Assembly (NCBI RefSeq): GCF_008189525.1
Contig: NZ_CP043314.1
Location: 270,001-302,000, forward strand
Length of the DNA: 32,000 bases
DNA from: Candidatus Saccharimonadota bacterium
Lineage (GTDB): Bacteria > Pseudomonadota > Alphaproteobacteria > CAJXXZ01 > 1604HC
Direction of reading: 5' to 3'
In this document: in pieces, positions 1-8,177 of the stretch
How the letters are laid out: every line of letters starts with the position of its first letter
How positions within the stretch are numbered: position 1 is the first letter of the stretch
Notes under the pieces: model-generated
Database searches by the model: none
Seen by the model: only the letters and a program-made list of their open reading frames with translations
Told to the model about the DNA's origin: nothing
Program-made: the position numbers and the translations under genes

Positions 1-16
1 TTATTTAATAAAGGTT

Positions 17-571
17 TTATTTTATAATTTTATATTTAAGTATATTTCCAGGAGGGAAGTTTCTCCATACAGTTTCAATTCTCTTGCATGTCATGTCGAA
101 GTTTTTATACTTAAATGGTGAAAATGGAGTGTAAGTAAGCTGTAGATATGTTGCTCCTGTTTGTAACATGATTTTTTTATAGGTTTCAATAATTTCTAAT
201 GATTTTTTCTTTCCCAAAGACAGTAAAGGCACAGTAGATAATATGTATTTAATATCTTTTATGGTTTTTAAATCTAATATATCGTATATATCGCAAATAT
301 CTTTGTTTATGAAAGTTGACTCAGGGAATCTTTTTCTCAAATCATTACAGAACTCTTCTTGGATTTCGAAAGATATTAATTTAGATTTGTTCTCCATCTT
401 GTTGTAGACGTGTTCTGTTATTGTTCCGGTCCCAGCTCCAACTTCTAATATTGTTCCAGAGTTCAAATCCATATTTTTTATAAAAGCTTTTGATAAATGG
501 CTAGAGCTTGGAATAACTGATCCTGTAAGTTTGGGGTTTTTTATATATTGTTTAAAAAATACTTTTTTCAT
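17..571 (-). CDS. Class I SAM-dependent methyltransferase, small phospholipid N-methyltransferase-like (PmtA/COG3963-like) family
   Basis: 184-aa ORF. The N-terminus, FKQYIKNPKLTGSVIPSSSHL, matches the F-x-x-x-P-x-x-x-G-[AS]-x-x-PSS signature of this small methyltransferase family. SAM-binding motif I is ILEVGAGTGTIT. Its ATG overlaps the stop of the upstream paralog (ATGA at 568-571). Confidence 0.7.
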   Translation of the reverse strand: MKKVFFKQYIKNPKLTGSVIPSSSHLSKAFIKNMDLNSGTILEVGAGTGTITEHVYNKMENKSKLISFEIQEEFCNDLRKRFPESTFINKDICDIYDILDLKTIKDIKYILSTVPLLSLGKKKSLEIIETYKKIMLQTGATYLQLTYTPFSPFKYKNFDMTCKRIETVWRNFPPGNILKYKIIK

Positions 572-1242
572 TTTGTTTTTCCTTCTTTAATCTCTTTCTT
601 TTGACTATTTTCTTCAGAAAAATCCATTCCTTTTACTATAGATGAAAAGGCTTCAGAGCAATTTTTATAAGAATAATGATTTACATGTACAGTAGGAAAA
701 GATTTTATTTTTTTGCTTAGAAAATCAACAACACCTCTGTTCTTAAACACATTAGAATAAAAAGATGTATAGGAGAAATGCAACATAGGGCATAAATTAG
801 ATTCCATTATATCAGAACATTGGTTAAGTATTTTATTTCTTTCTGCTTTATTTATTAATAAAAATGGGATAGAGGATATTATTAATCTAACTCTACTCAT
901 TTCCTCTGGAGATATTATTTCAGAAAGATCTGCAGCATTTCCTTGTATTATTTTTACATTCTCGAATTTTTTTCGCAGAACTTTGCAAAAACTATCATTA
1001 ATTTCTATACATATTGATTGTGCAGAGCTATATGCTTTATTGTTTATATATTTTGTCAATGACCCAGATCCTCCGCCTATTTCAAGAATTATGTCATTTT
1101 GAGATAGGTTTTGTGAAAAATGTAAGATATGTTTACCTGCTTTTTTTGGGATCTCTCTAAAGGTCCCGGTTTTTATTGGATTTTTTAGCCAATTCAAAAA
1201 GAACATCATCTTAGTCATAAGGGTTATTCTATCATAGTTCAA
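568..1242 (-). CDS. Class I SAM-dependent methyltransferase, divergent paralog of the downstream gene
   Basis: 224-aa ORF with the same architecture: NWLKNPIKTGTF near the N-terminus (the PSS part is degenerate), and motif I ILEIGGGSGSLT. The C-terminal tail (EENSQKKEIKEGKTK) is absent in the paralog. Translationally coupled to 17..571. Confidence 0.6.
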   Translation of the reverse strand: MNYDRITLMTKMMFFLNWLKNPIKTGTFREIPKKAGKHILHFSQNLSQNDIILEIGGGSGSLTKYINNKAYSSAQSICIEINDSFCKVLRKKFENVKIIQGNAADLSEIISPEEMSRVRLIISSIPFLLINKAERNKILNQCSDIMESNLCPMLHFSYTSFYSNVFKNRGVVDFLSKKIKSFPTVHVNHYSYKNCSEAFSSIVKGMDFSEENSQKKEIKEGKTK

Positions 1243-1335
1243 TTATATTGATAATATACACAATTCTAGTTTTTTGATTAATTATTGTACCTTATTACTA
1301 TTTGTTTTAAAAAATATTAACCTACTGTTTGTAAA

Positions 1336-1408
1336 GCCAAAATAGCTCAGTTGGTAGAGCAACTGATTCGTAATCAGTAGGCCAGGTGTTCGAATCACCT
1401 TTTTGGCA
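1336..1408 (+). tRNA. tRNA-Thr (anticodon CGU)
   Basis: 73-nt cloverleaf read by hand. Acceptor GCCAAAA/TTTTGGC, D-arm GCTC-AGTTGGTA-GAGC, anticodon arm ACTGA-TTCGTAA-TCAGT (CGT at positions 34-36), variable loop AGGCC, T-arm AGGTG-TTCGAAT-CACCT, discriminator A. CCA is not encoded. Confidence 0.9.
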
Positions 1409-1740
1409 ACTTAATCCCTACAGTCTTAAGTCACCTTTTTGGCAACTTAACTCCTTCGGACTTAAATCACCTTTTTGGCAACTTAATCCCTACAGTCTTA
1501 AGTCACCTTTTTGGCAACTTAACTCCTTCGGACTTAAATCACCTTTTTGGCAACTTAATCCCTACAGTCTTAAGTCACCTTTTTGGCAACTTAATCCCTA
1601 CAGTCTTAAGTCACCTTTTTGGCAACTTAACTCCTTCGGACTTAAATCACCTTTTTGGCAACTTAATCCCTACAGTCTTAAGTCACCTTTTTGGCAACTT
1701 AATCCCTACAGTCTTAAGTCACCTTTTTGGCAACTTAACC
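1395..1740. repeat. 36-bp tandem repeat array, 9 full units plus a 22-bp partial tenth, seeded inside the 3-prime end of tRNA-Thr(CGU)
   Basis: Unit A is TCACCTTTTTGGCAACTTAATCCCTACAGTCTTAAG. Unit B is TCACCTTTTTGGCAACTTAACTCCTTCGGACTTAAA. Unit order is A-B-A-B-A-A-B-A-A followed by the partial. Copies of each type look identical by eye. The first 14 nt of every unit equal tRNA positions 60-73 (T-stem 3-prime strand, acceptor 3-prime strand and discriminator). Confidence 0.95.
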
Positions 1741-1903
1741 TATAAATAATTTGCATTATATTAACTGGTAACACGAACATAATTCATAAGTTAGGAAGCA
1801 TGATCATTGTAATTTAAATTATAAATTTGTACATGTAACTACTTGTTTAATAGTTTTTCAATTTTTTACTGTTTTTTTTCGCTTTTATGTTTTAGAATTT
1901 GCT

Positions 1904-3088
1904 GTGACTTTTTTAATATTATCATTAGGGCTCTTACTGTCAAAATTCTGGCAAGAAACTATGGTTATTTCTATTAATCCACTTTCTGAAGTAATTAATA
2001 TAAATGCATCTTATTTAGGTAAAGCAAGTCTTTTTTCTTCACTGGGATTGACTATAGGAGCCTTATTTAGTGGCCCTATAAATGATAGGTTCGGTCCTAA
2101 GAGGACTTTTCCAATTTATTTGATTCTAATATCTATTTTAAATGCTATATTAGTTATTTATAAAATGAATTTCTTGCTTCTTAATCTAATATACTTCTTG
2201 AGAAGTTTATGTATAGCTGGATGCATAAATAATATATATGTAGCTATATCTTTAATATATTTTGGAGATAGGTTGCCAAAAATGACATCAATGCTTTATA
2301 TGATGCTATTTGGTGGTAGTGCAATAATTCCTATTCTATATAAAAGTTTACTTTCTTATTTTCCTGTAAAAAGTATATTTATAGTTTTATCTTTTATAAT
2401 GGTTTTGTTTGCTATAGGGATTTATTTTATAACTCCACACAAAAAACCTGTAAAACTTAATAGAGATTTGATTAAGAAATGGAAAAATGCTTTGAAAAAT
2501 CCTGTATTTCTAGCTCTTTCTTCAGTATCCATGATTTGCATAGGTGGTTTTTATGGGTTAGTAAGTGTTTTTGGATCTTACATGGTTAGGAAAGGTGATT
2601 TTCTATATGTAATTAGAAATTTCTCTTTTTTTGTAAGATTTTTTATTTCATTGGCTTATATTCAACTGATAGGAAGGGTTTGTACGTTCATAGCATCTAC
2701 ATATTCTTCTGTTAGACTTAACAATAAAAATGTAAAAAACTTTCTGACATATGGAATTTTCCTGATGTTTGTCGGATCTATTCTGATATTTCATGGGTTA
2801 TATGTAGATAAGTTAGGTATATATGGTGTTTTTGGGTTGATTCTGTTTTGTATGGGATCAGGTATTGCTCAACCAGCTACAAAAACTTCATTGCTAAATA
2901 TAGCCAAAGAAAATGCAGGAGGCATACAATCTGTAGTTGGTTCATTCAATAGTATATATGAAGCTATAGCTTATTTTTTGGTGTTTTATTTTTCTTATCC
3001 AATAGGGTCTTACGCTTATATGATGCTAACATCTGCTTTATGCTTTATAATGTTTTTATCTTTCAAAAAATTTAAGGAGATTTTCTAA
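1904..3088 (+). CDS. Major facilitator superfamily (MFS) transporter
   Basis: 394-aa polytopic hydrophobic protein with about 12 predicted helices by eye. MFS motif A (GPINDRFGPKRT) lies between TM2 and TM3. The track start is GTG at 1904; the ATG for the Met at residue 19 (start of MVISINPL, about 1958) is an alternative. The stop overlaps the mnmA start (TAATG). Confidence 0.75.
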   Translation: MTFLILSLGLLLSKFWQETMVISINPLSEVININASYLGKASLFSSLGLTIGALFSGPINDRFGPKRTFPIYLILISILNAILVIYKMNFLLLNLIYFLRSLCIAGCINNIYVAISLIYFGDRLPKMTSMLYMMLFGGSAIIPILYKSLLSYFPVKSIFIVLSFIMVLFAIGIYFITPHKKPVKLNRDLIKKWKNALKNPVFLALSSVSMICIGGFYGLVSVFGSYMVRKGDFLYVIRNFSFFVRFFISLAYIQLIGRVCTFIASTYSSVRLNNKNVKNFLTYGIFLMFVGSILIFHGLYVDKLGIYGVFGLILFCMGSGIAQPATKTSLLNIAKENAGGIQSVVGSFNSIYEAIAYFLVFYFSYPIGSYAYMMLTSALCFIMFLSFKKFKEIF

Positions 3089-4272
3089 TGAACTTAAACT
3101 CTAAAAACAAATCTGTACAACCAGAAGTAGCAGGATTAGAGTTTCCTGTTTGGTACAGAAAACAAAGACTTGATTTGTCAAAATATATAAATTCTATGTT
3201 CGATAAAGACAAAGTAGTAGTAGCAGCCATGTCTGGTGGAGTGGACAGTTCTGTGACAGCTGCTTTAATGTGTAAAGCTGGATATAAAGTTATAGGGCTT
3301 ACTTTAAAACTTCATGATAATCCTTCAGTAGAACAAGCGATTACTGATGCAAAAAAAATCTCTGAGTTTCTTGGAATAGAACATAGAGTTTTAGATTTAA
3401 GAAAAGAATTCGACGAGCATGTTTTGTCTAAATTTTACGAAGAATATGAAGAAGGAAAAACACCTAATCCATGTATAAAATGTAATAAGAACATTAAATT
3501 CGAAGGAATGGTTGAGTATTCTAAAAGCATAGGTGCTGGTGGATTAGTTACAGGTCATTATATAAAAAGAGAAATGAGATATGGAGAAGAGTCTATAGTT
3601 AGAGGGGCAGATTCTAGCAAAGATCAAAGTTATTTTCTTTCTTTAATAGATGCTAACTATGTTCCTTTTGTAGGATTTCCTCTTGGAATAATGAATAAAT
3701 CTACAGTTAGAAGAATAGCAAGGATATTTGATCTTTTTGTTGCTAAGAAAGCTGAAAGTCAAGATTTATGTTTTGCAGTTAGCAATAGATATCACGATGT
3801 TTTAAGAATCATGGGATCTAAAGATAGAAGCGGAGAGATTGTAAACTGTAAAACTGGGAAAGTTTTAGGTGAACATGATGGAATATCTAGATTTACAATA
3901 GGACAAAGAAAAGGACTTAATTTACCTTACGGTCCGTGGTTTGTTAATAAAATAGATAACAAAACTAATCAAGTTTTTGTAGGTAGATTAAAAGATGTAC
4001 AATGTCATGAAATTTGGATTAATGAAATAAACTTGCTTAGAGATTTTACAAAGAAAGAAAATGTTAGGGTAAAGATAAGAGGATCACAAACCCCAGTTCC
4101 TGCTAAGTTGGAAATAAATGGTAAAGAAGGAAGAGTGATTCTGGAAAATGCAGAATATGGTATTTCTCCAGGACAGGTATGTGGATTTTATTATGATGAT
4201 ATTTTGTTTGGCGGTGGTTATATAGTAGAAAAAGAAGATTTGTCTGAATTATCTAAAAAATCTGCAGATTAA
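3088..4272 (+). CDS. mnmA: tRNA 2-thiouridine(34) synthase MnmA
   Basis: PP-loop AAMSGGVDSSVTAALM, the catalytic-Cys region NPCIKCN, and SKDQSYFL, DLCF and GQRKGL blocks in MnmA order. About 30 aa of extra N-terminus. Confidence 0.9.
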   Translation: MNLNSKNKSVQPEVAGLEFPVWYRKQRLDLSKYINSMFDKDKVVVAAMSGGVDSSVTAALMCKAGYKVIGLTLKLHDNPSVEQAITDAKKISEFLGIEHRVLDLRKEFDEHVLSKFYEEYEEGKTPNPCIKCNKNIKFEGMVEYSKSIGAGGLVTGHYIKREMRYGEESIVRGADSSKDQSYFLSLIDANYVPFVGFPLGIMNKSTVRRIARIFDLFVAKKAESQDLCFAVSNRYHDVLRIMGSKDRSGEIVNCKTGKVLGEHDGISRFTIGQRKGLNLPYGPWFVNKIDNKTNQVFVGRLKDVQCHEIWINEINLLRDFTKKENVRVKIRGSQTPVPAKLEINGKEGRVILENAEYGISPGQVCGFYYDDILFGGGYIVEKEDLSELSKKSAD

Positions 4273-4478
4273 TATATTAATATAGCTTATGTGTTTTATT
4301 TTTAATAAATCCTAAAATATCTAGTAAGCGTCTCTTAATACATAAACTATTTCACAAAAAACCTGATCAACATTATATTTCTTATTAATTATTTAAGAAC
4401 CCTAATTATATTTATTTTGATTTGATTTATTTCTCAATATGATTGTTAATTTTTGTATAATTATGATGTAATTGTTTT

Positions 4479-4877
4479 GTGATATTCGGTATAGGTGTAG
4501 ATATTTTTAATTTGAGCAGAATGGAAACAGTTTTCAAAAGAACCCCAAATTTTGCAAATAGAATATTATCTCAATCAGAAAAAGACATGAAATTTGTCAA
4601 TACAGAAATGAGAAATGAAAAAGTAGGAAAGATATTTTCTATTAAAGAATCTTTTAGTAAGGCGCTAGGGACTGGAATTGGAGAACATTGTGGTTGGAAA
4701 GATATATCTATATTAAAAAATGACCTTGGTAAGCCAATTATAGAAATACAAGGCAAGCCTTTAGAATCTTTAAGTACATTCAAGAGATTTAGTATACATT
4801 GCTCTACAAGTGATGAATTCATAAATGAACAGAAAATATTCATTTCGAAAGTTATAATAGAAATTTTTCCTGATTAG
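4479..4877 (+). CDS. acpS: Holo-[acyl-carrier-protein] synthase (4-phosphopantetheinyl transferase)
   Basis: 132 aa with a GTG start. The N-terminus MIFGIGVDIFNLSR matches the AcpS G-I-G-x-D-I signature. KESFSKALGTG matches the KEA-x-x-KA-x-G block. Confidence 0.85.
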   Translation: MIFGIGVDIFNLSRMETVFKRTPNFANRILSQSEKDMKFVNTEMRNEKVGKIFSIKESFSKALGTGIGEHCGWKDISILKNDLGKPIIEIQGKPLESLSTFKRFSIHCSTSDEFINEQKIFISKVIIEIFPD

Positions 4878-5021
4878 GTGAACTTGATCAGCTGAATTAA
4901 ATTATTTCTATGATTATGCTATAACCATTATTTATTTTAATCTAACTTTTAACTTAAAAGAATTTTACTATTATAAATTTAACAACCATTTCTGATTTTT
5001 GCTAACTTATTTTATATCGAT

Positions 5022-5858
5022 TTACTTTATGAATTCTAGAAGTTTTTTACTTATGTGCTTTGAAATTTCATGTAATTCTTTTTCTACGCTGTTTTCAGTT
5101 ATTTTATCTATATTTTTTGTTATTTTTATTTCATATATGAAATTTTTTCCAGAATAGAATTTTAAAAATACATTAAAATAAGCTTTTTTATCAAATAGAA
5201 TTACTGAAACATCTTGTATGTGTATATATAAAGAATTGTTTTTACAGCTTGCTTTAGATTTTTCATTTTTACCTGTTAATATGCACATCAAATCTTTTTT
5301 TATTTCTTCATTAAAAACAGATTCATTATAATTTATTTTTAGATTTGGAATGAAATATGAAGAGATTATTTGTTTTACATTTTCTTTTGTAAGTTTTTTG
5401 AATGAAGTAGGCATGTTTATGTTGTCGCCTTTTATAATTATAAATTTGTAAGGCAATTCTTTTGGTGCTTCGCTTTTTTTATGCTCTGCTGAGCTTGTTG
5501 TGTTTTCATTTGTTTCATTTTCCAAACTGTCTTCCAAGCCATTGTAGGTTTTTATACACTTTTTCTGTTTTGAGAAAACTCGTATGCATTCTTTAGATTT
5601 ATCATTCTCTGATTCTATTTTATACTTCTTATGACTTTCTTGGAAAATTTGCTTACAAAGCTCTTGGTGTTTTTTTTTGCTTTTTTCCATCACTGATGAA
5701 GATTTATTAATATTAGAACTTTGGTTAATTCTTAAATTTATTTCATTATTTGCTGCGCGTAATTTATTATTAAAAAATAAACATGCATGCGTGTAAAGAA
5801 TTAATGATGTTACTTTGTTTGATATTTTTTTTAAGAGAGTCTTTTTTCCTGAAATCAT
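5022..5858 (-). CDS. Hypothetical protein (K/N/S-rich, weakly hydrophobic N-terminus), translationally coupled to the dedA-family gene
   Basis: 278-aa ORF with no motif I recognise. Its ATG overlaps the stop of the upstream DedA gene (ATGA at 5855-5858). The hydrophobic stretch VTSLILYTHACLFF could be a signal or anchor, but it is not a canonical lipobox. Confidence 0.5.
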   Translation of the reverse strand: MISGKKTLLKKISNKVTSLILYTHACLFFNNKLRAANNEINLRINQSSNINKSSSVMEKSKKKHQELCKQIFQESHKKYKIESENDKSKECIRVFSKQKKCIKTYNGLEDSLENETNENTTSSAEHKKSEAPKELPYKFIIIKGDNINMPTSFKKLTKENVKQIISSYFIPNLKINYNESVFNEEIKKDLMCILTGKNEKSKASCKNNSLYIHIQDVSVILFDKKAYFNVFLKFYSGKNFIYEIKITKNIDKITENSVEKELHEISKHISKKLLEFIK

Positions 5859-6448
5859 TTTTCTATTTCTCCTTGTCTAATATATTTTTTCCTTAGATAA
5901 GATGATATAAGCTTGGAAGCTAAAATTACTATCCCAACCAAACCAAGTATTATCAAATATATATAAGGTTTCTTTAAATTAAATATTCCCATCTTAGAGA
6001 CTGCAGAACCTAAAAAATAACCTATCAAGCAGCTTATAAAAGCCCATATAAAAGATGCAACTATGTTTAATATTGCGTATTTTTTTTGATCCACCTTCAC
6101 AACCCCTATGATTATAGGACTTATTATTCTTATTCCATATATAAATCTAAAACTAAGAATATAAATATTTTGATATTTTATAGCTATATGTTTTAATCTA
6201 TTGAATAATTTTCTACTTGTTTTCCACTTCTCTAGGAATCCAGGGCCTATATAATATCCAAGATTATATAACAACTGATCTGCAATACATGTGCCAACAA
6301 AAGACAAAGCAAACACTTTGTATATAGATAATACCCCTGTATAAGCTAAAGCAGATGCTGTTAAAAGCACAGATTCACCTTCTATCATTGAGCCTAAAAA
6401 GACTATCCAATATCCATAATTATGTATCAGTGCATTTATATCAAACAT
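5855..6448 (-). CDS. DedA family (SNARE-associated/VTT domain) inner membrane protein
   Basis: 197 aa. YGYWIVFLGSMIEGESVLLTASALA matches the DedA G-x-x-x-E-G-E signature. Multiple TM helices. Confidence 0.8.
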   Translation of the reverse strand: MFDINALIHNYGYWIVFLGSMIEGESVLLTASALAYTGVLSIYKVFALSFVGTCIADQLLYNLGYYIGPGFLEKWKTSRKLFNRLKHIAIKYQNIYILSFRFIYGIRIISPIIIGVVKVDQKKYAILNIVASFIWAFISCLIGYFLGSAVSKMGIFNLKKPYIYLIILGLVGIVILASKLISSYLRKKYIRQGEIEK

Positions 6449-6557
6449 ACGGATAGATTTTAATACAAAAACACGAAAATAAAAATCTCATTAGAGAATT
6501 ATATTTTATATTCTGTAATTTATATGTATAGGATTATCATAAGATTATCTTTTAGTT

Positions 6558-8036
6558 TTAATCTTTCTTCTTGCTATGAATTTTCTGTACGCTCAGCTTT
6601 CCATCGTAGAATTCTATTGAAAAACTTTCAGGTGCATCTTTTTTGCTTTTTATTAATTTTTCATCAGAAAAAGCTCTACAAAAACCTCTTTTAAGTATTT
6701 CATGGTAAGATGCATTTTCTAAATTTTTGAGCATGAAATCAAGTTTAGATTTATTCTTTGAAAACATATGATTAATAATTAAATTTAAATTAGAATGAAT
6801 GTGTTGTATTTTGGAAAGCTCACAGCTGAAATTAGGCTTTGAAACAGATAACTTAGAAAGGTTTCTTTTTTTAGAAATATAGTGAGAGAAAGAAAATTCT
6901 AATAAACTAGTTTTGTTTTGTAGTTTTGTATTAAAAGGCTCTAAAACAGACTCAAATCTTTTTGTTCTTACCCACATCATTTCTGACAATTTTCTTTTAA
7001 TAGTGTTTTTCAAAATCATTTTTTTATTTGCACATAAATCACAAATTTCTCTTATAATATTTTTTCTGTCTGGAAAAATTAACTCAATAGAAGCAGTTGG
7101 TGTAGGTGCTCTCAAAGAGCTAGCATAGTCTGATAAAGTTGTATCAGTTTCATGTCCAATTGCAGTTACTATAGGTATTTTACTTTTTGATATCTCTCTA
7201 ACAATATGTTCATCTTGGAAGCTCCATAAGTCTTCAAAACTACCTCCTCCTCTGGCAATAATTATTACATCTACTTCATTGAAGTATTTATCATTAAATC
7301 CTTTGATTGCAGAAACTACATTTTCTACCGTTTCACTTCCTTGTACAGCTGTAGGCCAAAGCAGAACATCACAAGGATATCTATCTTTTAATCTATGAAG
7401 CATATCATGTAAAACTGCACCTGTAGGGGATGTTATTATTCCTATTTTTCTGGGGAATTTTGGTAATTTAGGTTTTCGTAATGGATCAAACAAACCTTCT
7501 TTTCTAAGTTTTTCTTTTCTTTCTTCTAGTATTTTTGAAGAACCTAAATGCTCTACAGATAATACTACTATTTGATACTTAGATCTTCCAGGATATGATG
7601 AAACTCTTCCAGTGCAAATTATTTCCATATCATGCTGAGGTTCGAACTTTAATTTTATATTTGCCCAACATACACAATCTATAACAGCATCCTCTTCTTT
7701 TAATGAGAAATATAAATGAGTAGATCTTTTAGGTTGAGAAACTTGCCCTTTTATAGATATTTTAGAATAAGAAGATTCAAGTAATTTTTTTATGGATAAC
7801 GCTAAAGTTTTTACTCCAATAACTCCATCACTTGTTTCTATATCAGAGCTTATTGTATTTTTAGTGCTTAATGTTGATTGTTTATCATATTTAATCTGGC
7901 TTAAGTTTTCTGACGAAGAAGAGACTGTACCATACTTACTTCCTGCTGCATCACTTAAAGAATTTTTTGTACTATTTAAAGAATTTAACTTGGAATGTGA
8001 ATTTTGGTTGTCTATTAAACCTTTGCTAGAATTCAT
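6558..8036 (-). CDS. xseA: Exodeoxyribonuclease VII large subunit
   Basis: 492 aa. OB-fold region ISIKGQVSQPKRSTHLYFSLKEEDAVIDCVCW, catalytic core GIITSPTGAVLHDM ... IIARGGGSFEDLWSFQDE ... PIVTAIGHETDTTLSDYASSLRAPTPTA, and a coiled-coil tail. About 70 aa of Ser/Asn-rich N-terminal extension. Confidence 0.85.
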   Translation of the reverse strand: MNSSKGLIDNQNSHSKLNSLNSTKNSLSDAAGSKYGTVSSSSENLSQIKYDKQSTLSTKNTISSDIETSDGVIGVKTLALSIKKLLESSYSKISIKGQVSQPKRSTHLYFSLKEEDAVIDCVCWANIKLKFEPQHDMEIICTGRVSSYPGRSKYQIVVLSVEHLGSSKILEERKEKLRKEGLFDPLRKPKLPKFPRKIGIITSPTGAVLHDMLHRLKDRYPCDVLLWPTAVQGSETVENVVSAIKGFNDKYFNEVDVIIIARGGGSFEDLWSFQDEHIVREISKSKIPIVTAIGHETDTTLSDYASSLRAPTPTASIELIFPDRKNIIREICDLCANKKMILKNTIKRKLSEMMWVRTKRFESVLEPFNTKLQNKTSLLEFSFSHYISKKRNLSKLSVSKPNFSCELSKIQHIHSNLNLIINHMFSKNKSKLDFMLKNLENASYHEILKRGFCRAFSDEKLIKSKKDAPESFSIEFYDGKLSVQKIHSKKKD

Positions 8037-8177
8037 TGATGAATTTTGTACTGTTTTATATTTTTTATCAATCTAGATTTTTTATTTTTTTCTAAAACTA
8101 AATTTTAATTTCTTAATTTTTAGAGGCATATTAGATTAGGTTTATTCAATTATGCTTAATTAATAATGTTTTTATTT

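Noticed and set aside
1395-1740. Possible CRISPR array (36-bp repeats)
   Set aside because: Units abut directly with no unique spacers, there are only two alternating unit types, and no cas genes lie in the window.
1404-1740. TGGCA motifs in every unit as sigma-54 (TGGCAC-N5-TTGC) promoter elements
   Set aside because: No TTGC element sits at the required spacing. The TGGCA is just the tRNA acceptor end plus discriminator.
1386-1745. 119-aa ORF encoding SPFWQLNPYSLK / SPFWQLNSFGLK 12-residue repeats
   Set aside because: It is simply the translation of the 36-bp tandem array. It starts at a GTG inside the tRNA-Thr T-arm, and a second frame is equally open, so openness is a by-product of the repeat composition. 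No start context is present. It is treated as non-coding repeat.
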